From Alphaproteobacteria bacterium (GTDB lineage: Bacteria > Pseudomonadota > Alphaproteobacteria > JACZXZ01), in contig DATEQI010000307.1 of assembly GCA_035272805.1 (NCBI GenBank), positions 1 to 52,156 of the forward strand: 52,156 nt of DNA, read 5' to 3'. Each line of letters opens with the position of its first letter. The stretch's first letter is position 1. The position numbers were made by a program, and so were the translations under genes. Shown piece after piece: positions 9,361 to 18,525 of the stretch. Below the pieces are notes generated by a model, which saw nothing but the letters and a program-made list of their open reading frames with translations, had not been told where the DNA came from and searched no databases.

Positions 9361-10851
9361 GTGGCTAGAAAATCCTTCGACGCGTTTCCCGAGACTTTCG
9401 TCTCGAACTCAGAGACCACGAAGCTGGCCTCGAAAGCCGTCCGTGCGAGCAAGCTCAGGAAGCTTGCTTCGCGGCTTTATAGCCGAGATCTAACCAGCGC
9501 TCCCGAAGTCATCGTCCGGCGCAATCTTTGGCCGATCGTCGCCGGCTATTATCCTGACGCGCTTATCGCCGACCGCACGGCCTTGGAAGGAGCGCCGGCC
9601 AAGGACGGCTCGGTCTTTCTCGTGTCCCAGCGTGGCCAAAGCGATGTCGCTCTGCCGGGATTCACCTTACGACCGCGACGCGGTGCGCCGGCGCAACCAT
9701 CCGACTTGCCGTTCATGGGCGTGCTGCGGCTCTCCTCGCCTGCCCGTACGCTTCTCGACAACTTCGCGGTCAGCCGGAGCCGAGGATCGGTTACGCGCAC
9801 GCTTTCGAAGAAGGAAATCGAGGCGCATCTCGAAAACCTTCTGCGCCGCTCCGGCGAGGACGAGCTCAACCGGCTGCGCGACGAAGCCCGCCGTCTTGCC
9901 CCTGCTCTCGACAGGAAGAAGGAATTCGCCGCCCTCGACAAGATGATCGGGGCGCTCCTCAATACGCAGACCGATCGCCTGCAAACGCCGGCCGGACGCG
10001 CGCGGCGCAAGGGGCTGCCCTTCGATACCCAACGTGTCGAGTTGTTCGAGGCACTGCGTGCAGCACTCCACCGCACGCCACCGCAAACCCGTCCCGCCGC
10101 CCCGAGCGACGGCACGACGCTGCCGTTCTTCGAGGCCTATTTCTCGAATTTCATCGAGGGCACCGAGTTCGCGGTCGAGGAGGCCGTCGCCATCGTCTTC
10201 GAGAACCGCATCCCGAACGCGCGTCCGCAGGATGCTCATGACATTCTCGGCACCTATCGCATTGTCGCCGACGCGGCCGAGATGGCGCGCCTACCTGAAA
10301 CCTTCGCCGAGTTCGAGCGCCTTCTGAAACGCCGGCACGCCCAGATCATGCAGGCCCGGCCGGACAAAGCGCCCGGCCAATACAAGACCGAGCCCAATCG
10401 CGCCGGCTCGACCATGTTCGTAGCACCCGAACTCGTACGCGGAACGCTCGATCAGGGGCTCAAGGTGTGTAGCTCGCTGCTGACGCCGTTCCAGCGCGCC
10501 GTCTTCATGATGTTTCTTACCGCCGAGGTGCATCCCTTCGCGGACGGCAACGGCCGCATCGCGCGTATCATGATGAATGCGGAGCTCGTGGCCGCAGGCG
10601 AGCAGCGGATCATCATCCCCACCGTCTATCGCGCCAACAATCTCAGCGCGCTGAAGGCCATCTCCAATCGCACCAGCGCCGAACCGCTCATTCTTATGCT
10701 CGACTTCGCCCAACGCTTCTCGCTTGCCATCGACTGGACGAGCTTCGCGCGCGCCGAGGCGGATCTGAAGGCCGCCAAAGCCTTCATGGACAGCACGGAG
10801 GCCGAGAACCGCGGTATCCGCCTGCGATTGCCGGAGGGGGATACGCGCTGA
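9361..10851 (+). CDS. Fic family protein (class II, intramolecular inhibitory motif) with an N-terminal AbiEi-like domain
   Basis: Fic active-site motif HPFADGNGRIAR (HxFx[DE]GNGRxxR). Upstream inhibitory-helix motif S-NFI-EG ([ST]xxxE[GN]). The N-terminal ~230 aa carry KLRKLASRLYSR and LSSPARTLLD, reminiscent of AbiEi antitoxin domains. GTG start. Confidence 0.85.
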   Translation: MARKSFDAFPETFVSNSETTKLASKAVRASKLRKLASRLYSRDLTSAPEVIVRRNLWPIVAGYYPDALIADRTALEGAPAKDGSVFLVSQRGQSDVALPGFTLRPRRGAPAQPSDLPFMGVLRLSSPARTLLDNFAVSRSRGSVTRTLSKKEIEAHLENLLRRSGEDELNRLRDEARRLAPALDRKKEFAALDKMIGALLNTQTDRLQTPAGRARRKGLPFDTQRVELFEALRAALHRTPPQTRPAAPSDGTTLPFFEAYFSNFIEGTEFAVEEAVAIVFENRIPNARPQDAHDILGTYRIVADAAEMARLPETFAEFERLLKRRHAQIMQARPDKAPGQYKTEPNRAGSTMFVAPELVRGTLDQGLKVCSSLLTPFQRAVFMMFLTAEVHPFADGNGRIARIMMNAELVAAGEQRIIIPTVYRANNLSALKAISNRTSAEPLILMLDFAQRFSLAIDWTSFARAEADLKAAKAFMDSTEAENRGIRLRLPEGDTR

Positions 10852-11055
10852 ACTTGACGGGATACCTATGTGCGTCACCACGGGATTGAGTTCCACGCCT
10901 ACGCCGGCACCGGAGGCTCCGGCACGACGCCCCGAGCCCAGGCTTCGCCGTACCGCTACGCCGAGCCTCGGCCTGTTGGCGTCTTGGCCCCGGGGCAACG
11001 ATCCTTATCACCTCAAGCTCCTTTGCAGGGACCGGATCGGCCTCCCATCTTGAAT

Positions 11056-11084
11056 TTGACCTTGTATATACAAATGTATAGTAT
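11056..11084 (+). promoter_or_regulatory. Candidate sigma70-type promoter of brnTA overlapping a 10-bp perfect palindrome
   Basis: TTGACC (11056-11061), 17-nt spacer, TAGTAT (11079-11084), 7 nt before the brnT ATG. The spacer contains the palindrome TGTATATACA (11063-11072). Confidence 0.4.
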
Positions 11085-11091
11085 ATAGGCG

Positions 11092-11396
11092 ATGGATGTC
11101 GCCGTATCACAATTCGATTGGGACGACGGCAATCGCGCAAAGTGCCGGAAGCATGGCGTATCGCCGGCGGAGGTCGAAGCGCTTTTTGATCGCCCCCTGC
11201 TGGTCATCCCCGACGAGGCGCACTCCGAGGGCGAGAAACGCCTTCGAGCAATCGGCAAGACCGCGCGCGGCCGATCGGTCTTTTGGTCTTCACCGTCCGG
11301 GAGCATGGCGGCAAGCGCCTGATTCGCCCCATCAGTGCCCGCTACATGCACAGGAAGGAAGTTAGGAGCTATGAAAAAGAAAATCCCGACCTTTAG
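11092..11396 (+). pseudogene. brnT: BrnT-family (DUF497) ribonuclease toxin, disrupted by a 1-nt frameshift in a T-run
   Basis: The N-terminal part FDWDDGNRAKCRKHGVSPAEVEALF...SEGEKRLRAIGKTARGRSVF is in the 11092 frame. The conserved C-terminal part LVFTVREHGGKRLIRPISARYMHRKEVRSYEKENPDL* is only read one base back, starting at 11283. The switch lies in TTTT at 11281-11284; five T would restore VFLVF. Confidence 0.7.
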
Positions 11397-11634
11397 GACG
11401 GACGCGGAGGCCGAGCGTTTTGTGGATACGGCGGACCTTAGCGAATACGATCTTTCCGGCCTTAGGCCCGTCAGATTTGAGTTCGAGAAAAAGACGGAGC
11501 AACTCAACATGCGCCTGCCGAAGCGTCTGCTTGAGGCCGTCAAGAAGCGCTCTTCCGCGCGCGGCATTCCCTATACGCGCTTCATTCGCGAGGCCGTGGA
11601 AATGGCGCTCGCCCGCCCCAGGAAACTGAGATGA
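11371..11634 (+). CDS. brnA: BrnA antitoxin (CopG/RHH-like)
   Basis: MKKKIPTFRTDAEAERFVDTADLSEYDLS...MRLPKRLLEAVKKRSSARGIPYTRFIREAVEMAL fits the BrnA architecture. AGGAG lies 2 nt before the ATG at 11371. Overlaps the restored brnT 3' end by 26 nt. Confidence 0.75.
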   Translation: MKKKIPTFRTDAEAERFVDTADLSEYDLSGLRPVRFEFEKKTEQLNMRLPKRLLEAVKKRSSARGIPYTRFIREAVEMALARPRKLR

Positions 11635-11723
11635 GCGGGGATTTGGCGGGCATTTGAGGCGAGCCATCTGCAGACCTCCTGCAGAGCGTCAAACAGCCAA
11701 AATAACGATTAGGAATCAGTAAG

Positions 11724-13406
11724 TTGGCAAATTATCAATACATCTACGTCATGAACGGCCTCACCAAGGCCTTCCCGGGCGGCCGGCAGGTACTCAAGGA
11801 TATTCGCCTTTCGTTCTTTCCCGGCGCCAAGATCGGCGTGCTGGGTCCGAACGGGTCCGGCAAATCGACGCTTCTGCGCATCATGGCGGGCCTCGAGAGC
11901 GACTTCGCGGGCGAGGCCTGGGCCGCCGAAGGGGTGAAGGTCGGCCTCTTGCCTCAGGAGCCCGCACTCGACGCCGGGAAGGACGTAATGGGCAACGTGC
12001 TCGACGGGGTCGCCGAGAAGAAGGCGCTCATCGAGCGCTTCGAGGCGGTGAGTGCCCGCTTCGCCGAGCCGCTCGAGGAGGCGGAGATGAATGCGCTCAT
12101 CGCCGAGCAGGCGGAGCTCCAGGAGAAGATCGACGCGAGCAACGGCTGGGAGCTGGAGCGCCAAGTCGAGATCGCCATGGACGCGCTGCGCTGCCCGCCG
12201 GGGGGTGCTGCGGTCGCGACCCTTTCGGGCGGGGAGCGCCGCCGGGTGGCCCTCTGCCGGCTGCTGCTTCAGCATCCCGATCTCTTGCTCCTCGACGAGC
12301 CGACCAACCATCTCGATGCGGAATCGGTCGCCTGGCTCGAGCGCTTTCTCTCCGAGTATGACGGCACCGTGGTCGCGGTCACCCATGACCGCTACTTCCT
12401 CGACAATACCGCCGGCTGGATCCTCGAGCTCGACCGCGGACGCGGCATCCCGTTCAAGGGCAATTACTCCTCCTGGCTTGAGCAGAAGCAGAAGCGCCTC
12501 GCGCTCGAGGAGAAGCAGGAAGCCTCCCGCCAGCGCGAGCTCGCCCGCGAGCTCGAGTGGATCCGCGAGTCGCCGCGCGCGCGTCAGGCCAAGAGCAAGG
12601 CGCGCATCAGCGCGTATGAGACGCTCCTCGCCGAGAGCCGCGATCGCGCGCCCGACCAGGCCCAGATCGTCATCCCGGCCGGCCCGCGGCTCGGCGATCT
12701 GGTGATCCAGGCCGAGCACGTCCGCAAGGCCTATGGCGAGCGGCTCCTGATCGAGGACTTGAGCTTTCGCGTGCCGGCCGGTGCGATCGTCGGCATCATC
12801 GGGCCCAACGGGGCCGGCAAGACGACGCTCTTCCGCATGATCACAGGCGAGGAGAAGCCCGACGGGGGCGAGCTCCGCATCGGTGAAACGGTGAAGCTCG
12901 GCTACGTCGACCAGTCGCGCGACTCGCTCCGCGCGGAGAAGACGGTGTGGGAGGAGATCTCGGACGGCCTCGATCAGCTCGAGCTCGGCAAGCACCGCAT
13001 GCCGAGCCGAGCCTACGTCGCCGCCTTCAACTTCAAGAGCGCCGATCAGCAGAAGAAGGTGGGGCAGCTCTCGGGTGGGGAGCGCAACCGCGTGCATCTC
13101 GCCAAGATGCTCAAATCGGGCGCCAACCTGCTGCTCCTCGACGAGCCGAGCAACGACATCGACGTCGACACTTTGAGGGCGCTCGAGGACGCGCTCGTCG
13201 CCTTTGCCGGCTGCGCCATGGTGATCAGCCACGACCGCTGGTTCCTCGATCGCATCGCCACGCACATGATGGCGTTCGAGGGCGAGAGCCAGGTCGCCTG
13301 GTTCGAGGGGAACTACTCGGACTACGAGGCCGATCGCCGCCGCCGCCTCGGCGAGGCGGCGGACCAGCCGCACCGCATCAAGTACAAGCCCCTGGTGAGG
13401 GCCTAA
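11724..13406 (+). CDS. ettA: Energy-dependent translational throttle ABC-F ATPase EttA
   Basis: 560 aa. Two ABC cassettes (GPNGSGKST / [11 protein letters not shown] and GPNGAGKTT / [11 protein letters not shown]). The N-terminus [38 protein letters not shown] is collinear with E. coli EttA. TTG start with AGGA upstream. Confidence 0.92.
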   Translation: MANYQYIYVMNGLTKAFPGGRQVLKDIRLSFFPGAKIGVLGPNGSGKSTLLRIMAGLESDFAGEAWAAEGVKVGLLPQEPALDAGKDVMGNVLDGVAEKKALIERFEAVSARFAEPLEEAEMNALIAEQAELQEKIDASNGWELERQVEIAMDALRCPPGGAAVATLSGGERRRVALCRLLLQHPDLLLLDEPTNHLDAESVAWLERFLSEYDGTVVAVTHDRYFLDNTAGWILELDRGRGIPFKGNYSSWLEQKQKRLALEEKQEASRQRELARELEWIRESPRARQAKSKARISAYETLLAESRDRAPDQAQIVIPAGPRLGDLVIQAEHVRKAYGERLLIEDLSFRVPAGAIVGIIGPNGAGKTTLFRMITGEEKPDGGELRIGETVKLGYVDQSRDSLRAEKTVWEEISDGLDQLELGKHRMPSRAYVAAFNFKSADQQKKVGQLSGGERNRVHLAKMLKSGANLLLLDEPSNDIDVDTLRALEDALVAFAGCAMVISHDRWFLDRIATHMMAFEGESQVAWFEGNYSDYEADRRRRLGEAADQPHRIKYKPLVRA

Positions 13407-13484
13407 GTCCGGACTCAGATGACAGACGTCAGCCGATAATATCGGTATGCCCTCCGCGCGCAGTGTCCTCGTCGGCCGCGCCGG

Positions 13485-13513
13485 TTGACTGCACAAGGGC
13501 GGTAAATTACGAT
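13485..13513 (+). promoter_or_regulatory. Candidate promoter of the ino1 operon
   Basis: TTGACT (13485-13490), 17-nt spacer, TACGAT (13508-13513), about 95 nt upstream of the proposed GTG start. Confidence 0.3.
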
Positions 13514-13608
13514 TTGATGACAAAAGGGGCGCGGCTCGCCGTTTGATTGCCGTGCTATCGCTTGCGCGCCCGAGCGGCGACGGAGGAGCGCATGGGGGAT
13601 CTGATCCG

Positions 13609-14760
13609 GTGCAAAACAAAATCAAAGTAGCGATCGCTGGCGTCGGGAACTGTGCGTCGGCACTGGTGCAGGGCGTCGAGTTCTACCGCAACCGCCAGGG
13701 TGCGGCGCTGCATGGCATCATGCACCCCACGATCGGCGGCTATGGCTGCTCCGACATCGAGTTCGTCGCGGCGTTCGACGTCGACGTGCGCAAGATCGGC
13801 CGCCCGCTCGAGGAGGCGATCTTCGCCAAGCCCAACTGCACCCTCATCTTTCAAAGCGCGCTCCCGGTTTCGAACGTGATCGTTCAAGCCGGTCCCGTGC
13901 TCGATGGGGTCGCCGCCCACATGGCCGATTATCCGGATGACGTGGCGTTCCGCTCGGCCGACCTCGAGCCGACCGATATCGCGGAGGCGCTGCGCGCCTC
14001 CAAAGCGGAGGTCTTCCTCTGTTACCTGCCGGTCGGCTCCGAGCAGGCCGTCAAGCATTACGCCCAGGCGTGCCTCGACGCCGGCGTTGCCATGATCAAC
14101 TGCATTCCCGTCTTCCTCGCCTCCGACCCCGAATGGGCGCGGAGATTCCGCGACGCCGGCCTCCCGATCATCGGCGACGACATAAAGAGTCAAGTGGGCG
14201 CCACCATCGTGCATCGCGCCCTGGCGCGGCTTTTCGCCGACCGCGGGGTCGGCATCGAGCGCACCTACCAGCTCAACACGGGCGGCAATACCGATTTCCT
14301 CAACATGCTCGAGCGCAGCCGCCTCAAGTCGAAGAAAATCTCCAAGACCGAAGCCGTCCAATCGCAATTGGACGAGCAGCTCGAGGCCAAGAACATCCAC
14401 ATCGGCCCCTCCGACTACGTGCCGTGGCAGCGTGACAACAAGGTCTGCTTCATCCGCATTGAGGGCTATGGGTTCGGCGACGCGCCCATCGAACTGGAGC
14501 TGCGGCTCTCGGTCCAGGACTCCTCGAACAGCGCCGGTGTGGTGATCGATGCGATCCGCTGCGCGAAGCTTGCGCTCGAGCGGGGCGAGGCGGGCCCGCT
14601 CGAAGCACCCTCGGCCTATTACATGAAAAGCCCGCCGCGCCAGCTCCGCGACAGCGTCGCGCGAGAGGCCTGCGACGCCTTCATCGACGGCCGTGCCTTC
14701 GATTTGCCCGAGGAGCCGCAGCACGGCACGAGTGCCGCGACCAGAGCCGATCGCGGGTAG
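13609..14760 (+). CDS. ino1: myo-Inositol-1-phosphate synthase (MIPS, bacterial/archaeal type)
   Basis: KIKVAIAGVGNCASALVQG Rossmann start. Conserved NTGGNTDFLN and SKKISKTEAV blocks. Start placed at the GTG at 13609, which has GGGGGA upstream. The track ORF begins at 13543. Confidence 0.88.
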   Translation: MQNKIKVAIAGVGNCASALVQGVEFYRNRQGAALHGIMHPTIGGYGCSDIEFVAAFDVDVRKIGRPLEEAIFAKPNCTLIFQSALPVSNVIVQAGPVLDGVAAHMADYPDDVAFRSADLEPTDIAEALRASKAEVFLCYLPVGSEQAVKHYAQACLDAGVAMINCIPVFLASDPEWARRFRDAGLPIIGDDIKSQVGATIVHRALARLFADRGVGIERTYQLNTGGNTDFLNMLERSRLKSKKISKTEAVQSQLDEQLEAKNIHIGPSDYVPWQRDNKVCFIRIEGYGFGDAPIELELRLSVQDSSNSAGVVIDAIRCAKLALERGEAGPLEAPSAYYMKSPPRQLRDSVAREACDAFIDGRAFDLPEEPQHGTSAATRADRG

Positions 14761-14839
14761 AACAGATTGCGATGACGTGCGGTTTGAAGGCGCGGCCGGC
14801 GCGCCGCCCGGGCCGGCACGCCCATCGGGCGCGTGGTCG

Positions 14840-15619
14840 ATGACAAAACCGATCGAGACCTTGCTCTTCGATTTTGGCGGCACGCTCGACGCCGACGGCG
14901 TTGCGTGGAAGGCGCGCTTTTACGCCCATTATCGGGCGGAGGGGCTTGAGATGGCGGCCGCAGCCTTCGCACCCCTCTTCTACGCCGCCGATGATGCGCT
15001 CATCGGAGCCCTGCCGCCCGATTGCGACCTCGGCGAAACGATCGAGCGTCTGGCCGGCAATCTCGAGGCCGAGCTCGTCCGCCGCGACGGCGGCAGCGGC
15101 AAAGCCGGCGCCGATCGCGCGCGCGGCCGGCGGGTTGCCAAGCACTTCCTTGCCGAGGCTCAGGCGGCCTTCGCGCGCAATCGGCCGCTGCTCGAAACGC
15201 TGAGCGCACGCTTCCGCCTGGGCATCGTCTCGAATTTTTACGGCAATCTCGAAGCGGTGTGCCACGGCGCCGGCTTGGCGGCTTTTTTCGATGTCATTGT
15301 CGACAGCCATCGGGTCGGTGCGCGGAAGCCCGACCCGGCGATTTTTCGCGCAGCCCTCGCCCCCCTCGGCGCCAAGCCCGAGACGACGCTCATGATCGGC
15401 GATTCCTTGCGCCGCGACCGCGAGGGTGCGCGGCGCATGGGCATGGGCTTCATCTGGATTGCACCAAGCACTGCGCCGGCGTCGACGCTGCGGGCGGGCG
15501 AGGCCGAGCTCTGCCAGTCCAGGGTGGCGCAGCTCTCAGATCTAGCGGAGGTCTTGCATGACCGGCACGTCCGGCCGGCCGATCCTCAAGGGCGGCATCA
15601 TCGCCGCCGGCGAGGGTAG
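14840..15619 (+). CDS. HAD-superfamily hydrolase (candidate cyclitol-phosphate phosphatase)
   Basis: Motif I LLFDFGGTLD (second Asp replaced by Gly), motif II SNF, motif III/IV K...GDSLRRD. Start at the ATG at 14840. The 3' end overlaps the next gene by 62 nt. Confidence 0.8.
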   Translation: MTKPIETLLFDFGGTLDADGVAWKARFYAHYRAEGLEMAAAAFAPLFYAADDALIGALPPDCDLGETIERLAGNLEAELVRRDGGSGKAGADRARGRRVAKHFLAEAQAAFARNRPLLETLSARFRLGIVSNFYGNLEAVCHGAGLAAFFDVIVDSHRVGARKPDPAIFRAALAPLGAKPETTLMIGDSLRRDREGARRMGMGFIWIAPSTAPASTLRAGEAELCQSRVAQLSDLAEVLHDRHVRPADPQGRHHRRRRG

Positions 15620-16289
15620 CCGCCTCAGCGCCGACGGCTATCGCGGCAGCAAAGCGATGGTGTCCGTGGCCGGCCGTCCGCTGATCGGCCATGCCCTCGC
15701 GCGTTTTCGCGCCATCGGCATCCGCCGGCTGACGGTCATCGTCAACGACGCGAGTGAGGATTGCCAGGAATGGCTCAGGCACCACGGCGGCGATTTCGAG
15801 CTCGACCTCATCGTACGCACGACACCCTCCTCCTACGCGAGCTTCCGTCTCGTCGCCGAGCGGCTCTCCGGGGCCGCGGCACTGATTACGACCGTCGACG
15901 GCATCATGCCGACGGACGATTTCAGCACTTTCGCCAGGGCTGCGGCCGGCTTCCCTGAGGACGCCGTCGTGCTCGGCCTGACCGCCCACGTCGACGATGA
16001 AAAACCCCTGTGGGCGACGCTCGAGGCGGCCGATGGCCGCATCCGGCAGCTCGGCGGCGAGAGCGGCAGCCATGCGACGGCCGGCCTCTACGTGCTGCCC
16101 GTGGCACGGCCGGCCGAGCCCGCCCTAGGCTTCGCACGTCTGCGCGACTATCTCGGCTGGCTGGTGGCCGAAGGCCATCCGGTCTACGGTGTCGTCTTGC
16201 CGCGGGTCTTCGACATCGACCGTGCCAGCGACATCGCGGCGGCGGAGCGGGCGGCCGCCGGTAGTGAGACCACGAACGAGGCTCCATGA
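15558..16289 (+). CDS. NTP-transferase (sugar/cyclitol-phosphate nucleotidylyltransferase; IPCT-like candidate)
   Basis: Canonical N-terminal G-loop GGIIAAGEGSRL...KAMVSVAGRPLIGHAL. GGAGG lies 6 nt before the ATG. Confidence 0.8.
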   Translation: MTGTSGRPILKGGIIAAGEGSRLSADGYRGSKAMVSVAGRPLIGHALARFRAIGIRRLTVIVNDASEDCQEWLRHHGGDFELDLIVRTTPSSYASFRLVAERLSGAAALITTVDGIMPTDDFSTFARAAAGFPEDAVVLGLTAHVDDEKPLWATLEAADGRIRQLGGESGSHATAGLYVLPVARPAEPALGFARLRDYLGWLVAEGHPVYGVVLPRVFDIDRASDIAAAERAAAGSETTNEAP

Positions 16290-17137
16290 GTGCCGAAAGA
16301 ACCTGCTGGGGCATCTACCGCGAGTCCGCGCACTCGCCCGGGCGGGTCGAGGACGACGCGGCGATCATCGAGAGCGTGGGTGCCGCGCTGGCGGAGCGGG
16401 GCTTCAGCGTCGAGCTCCTCGCGAGCGATGCCGCCGACGCGGCCCTCGAGAGCCCGGGTGCGAACATCTTCACCATGTGCGAGCGCGGCGAGATCCTCGA
16501 TCGTCTCAAGGAGGCGACCCGGGCCGGTGCGGTCGTCGTCAACTCCCCGGATGCGATCCGCAACACCTATCGCCACCGCATGGTCGAGCTGTTCGCGAGG
16601 GCCGGCATACCGTCGCCGGCGAGCCACGTCCTCGCCACGAATGCCGCTGCCTCTCCGCCCCTCGCCTGCGCCTGGATCAAGCGCTATGATTTCCACGCGA
16701 CGCAATCGGACGACGTGATGTATGCGGCGTCCGAGGAGGGTTGGCGCGTGGCACTGGACCGTTTCGCCGGGCGCGGCATTCCCTTCGTCGTCGCTCAGCA
16801 GCATGTGCCCGGCGATCTCGTCAAATTCTACGGCGTGGCACGCGGTGCGGAGAGCACTGCGGGTGCCGTGTGGTTCGAATGGTTCTATCACCGGGACAAG
16901 GGCATGATCGGTCACGCTTTCGAGGCAGCCAGGCTGCATGACGTGGCGTTTCGCGCCGCCGCGGCATTGGGGTTGGAGATTTTCGGCGGCGACGCCATCA
17001 TCCAGCCCGACGGCGCGCCGATGATCATCGACCTCAATGCCTGGCCGAGCTATGCGCGCTATCGCCACGAGGCCGCGCGCGCCATCGCAACCCATCTCTC
17101 CGAGCGTTTCCAGCGGCGCCTGCGCGCCGTCAGCTGA
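16286..17137 (+). CDS. ATP-grasp domain protein (ligase or kinase, substrate unknown)
   Basis: 283 aa. ATP-grasp-like blocks WIKRYDFHAT, PFVVAQQHVPGDLVKFYGV and GGDAIIQPDGAPMIIDLNAWPS. ATGA start/stop overlap with the upstream gene. Confidence 0.7.
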   Translation: MSAERTCWGIYRESAHSPGRVEDDAAIIESVGAALAERGFSVELLASDAADAALESPGANIFTMCERGEILDRLKEATRAGAVVVNSPDAIRNTYRHRMVELFARAGIPSPASHVLATNAAASPPLACAWIKRYDFHATQSDDVMYAASEEGWRVALDRFAGRGIPFVVAQQHVPGDLVKFYGVARGAESTAGAVWFEWFYHRDKGMIGHAFEAARLHDVAFRAAAALGLEIFGGDAIIQPDGAPMIIDLNAWPSYARYRHEAARAIATHLSERFQRRLRAVS

Positions 17138-17151
17138 CAGGGAATCGAGCC

Positions 17152-18525
17152 ATGGACGACGTCCGCCCAACGAACGAGGCACCCGGCCATGCCGTCGGGG
17201 AGCGCCGTGCCGTGCCCGGCCCGCGCTCCAAGGCCGTCTTCGAGCGTGAAGCCCGAACCATGGCGCCCGGCCTGCAATCGCTGGCGCTTTTCTCGCAAAT
17301 CGCGGTCGACCGCGCCAAGGGCTCGACGATCACCGACGTCGACGGCAACGACTACCTCGATTTCGTCGCCGGGGTCGCCGTCGGCAGCCTCGGGCACTGC
17401 CATCCCCATTACCTCGAGCGCCTCAAGGAGCAGCTCGAGCGCGCCACCTTCGGCAGCTTCACGACCGAGACGCGCGCGCGCTTCCTCGAGCTCGCGGGCT
17501 CCGTCCTGCCCGAAGGGATTACGCACCTCCAGCTCTTCTCGGGCGGGGCCGAGGCGGTCGAGGCCGCCTTCCGCCTTGCCAAGTCGGTCACCAAGAAATT
17601 CGAATTCGTCGGCTTCTGGGGCGGCTTCCACGGCAAGACCGCGGGCGTCATCGGCCTGCTCGGCGGCGGCTATCGCAATCACCAGGGACCGTTTCCGCCC
17701 GGTATGCATCTCTCGCCCTACGCCAATTGCTACCGCTGCCCGTGGCATCTGGAATATCCGTCCTGCGGGCTTGCCTGTGCCGAGCATCTGCGCAACGTGA
17801 TCAAGAACGATACTCAAAGCGAGGTCGCGGCCATCATCATGGAGCCGATGCAGGGTACCGCCGGCAACGTCATCCCGCCCGACGAGTTCGTTCTCGCCGC
17901 GCGCGCAATCGCCCAAGAGATCGGCGCACTCTTCATCGCCGACGAGATCCTGACCGGATTCGGCCGCACGGGAACGATGTGGGCCTCGGAGCAATCCGGG
18001 CTGAAGCCCGACGTCATGACGATCGGCAAAGGCATGGGCGGGGGCTTTCCGCTGAGCGGGGTTGCCTCCTCGCTCGAGCTCATGTCGGCCAAGCCCTTCG
18101 GCGAGCCGAGCGGCAGCTCGTCGAGCTATGGCGGCAATCCGCTCGCCGCGGCCGCGGGGCTCGCAGCGATCGAGGCCATCCTCGCGGAGAAACTCGTCGA
18201 GAATTCGGCCCGCGTCGGTGCCAAGATGCTCGCGGCCCTCAAGGAGTTGCAGGACAAGTACCGCTTCATCGGCGACGTGCGCGGGCGCGGCCTGATGATC
18301 GGCGTCGAGCTGGTCGCGGATCGCACGACCAAGGAGCCCTTGGACAAGACCATCACCCGCGCCCTTTTCCACGAGGCGCTCGAGCGCGGCCTCGTCACCA
18401 TGTCCTATTCGCACGTCATCCGCATCAACCCGCCCCTCGTCATCACCGAGGACGAAGCCTTGCGCGGCGTCGATATCCTCGACCAGTCGTTCGCCGCCAT
18501 TCAGCACCGCTTCGGGCTCGATTGA
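17152..18525 (+). CDS. Class III (omega) PLP-dependent aminotransferase
   Basis: 457 aa. FSGGAEAVEAAFRLAK, DEILTGFGRTG, and PLP-lysine block DVMTIGKGMGGGFPLSG. Confidence 0.88.
   Translation: MDDVRPTNEAPGHAVGERRAVPGPRSKAVFEREARTMAPGLQSLALFSQIAVDRAKGSTITDVDGNDYLDFVAGVAVGSLGHCHPHYLERLKEQLERATFGSFTTETRARFLELAGSVLPEGITHLQLFSGGAEAVEAAFRLAKSVTKKFEFVGFWGGFHGKTAGVIGLLGGGYRNHQGPFPPGMHLSPYANCYRCPWHLEYPSCGLACAEHLRNVIKNDTQSEVAAIIMEPMQGTAGNVIPPDEFVLAARAIAQEIGALFIADEILTGFGRTGTMWASEQSGLKPDVMTIGKGMGGGFPLSGVASSLELMSAKPFGEPSGSSSSYGGNPLAAAAGLAAIEAILAEKLVENSARVGAKMLAALKELQDKYRFIGDVRGRGLMIGVELVADRTTKEPLDKTITRALFHEALERGLVTMSYSHVIRINPPLVITEDEALRGVDILDQSFAAIQHRFGLD

Noticed and set aside
11709-13625. 638-aa ORF antisense to ettA.
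   Set aside because: No domain signature and a mirror-frame codon pattern. The plus strand encodes an unambiguous ABC-F protein.
17727-18524. N-terminal part of the 605-aa ORF (17727-19544); likewise 44628-45104 of the 541-aa ORF at 43479-45104.
   Set aside because: They are out-of-frame read-through over the aminotransferase and PKS genes. The real starts are the overlap-coupled ATGs at 18525 and 44627.
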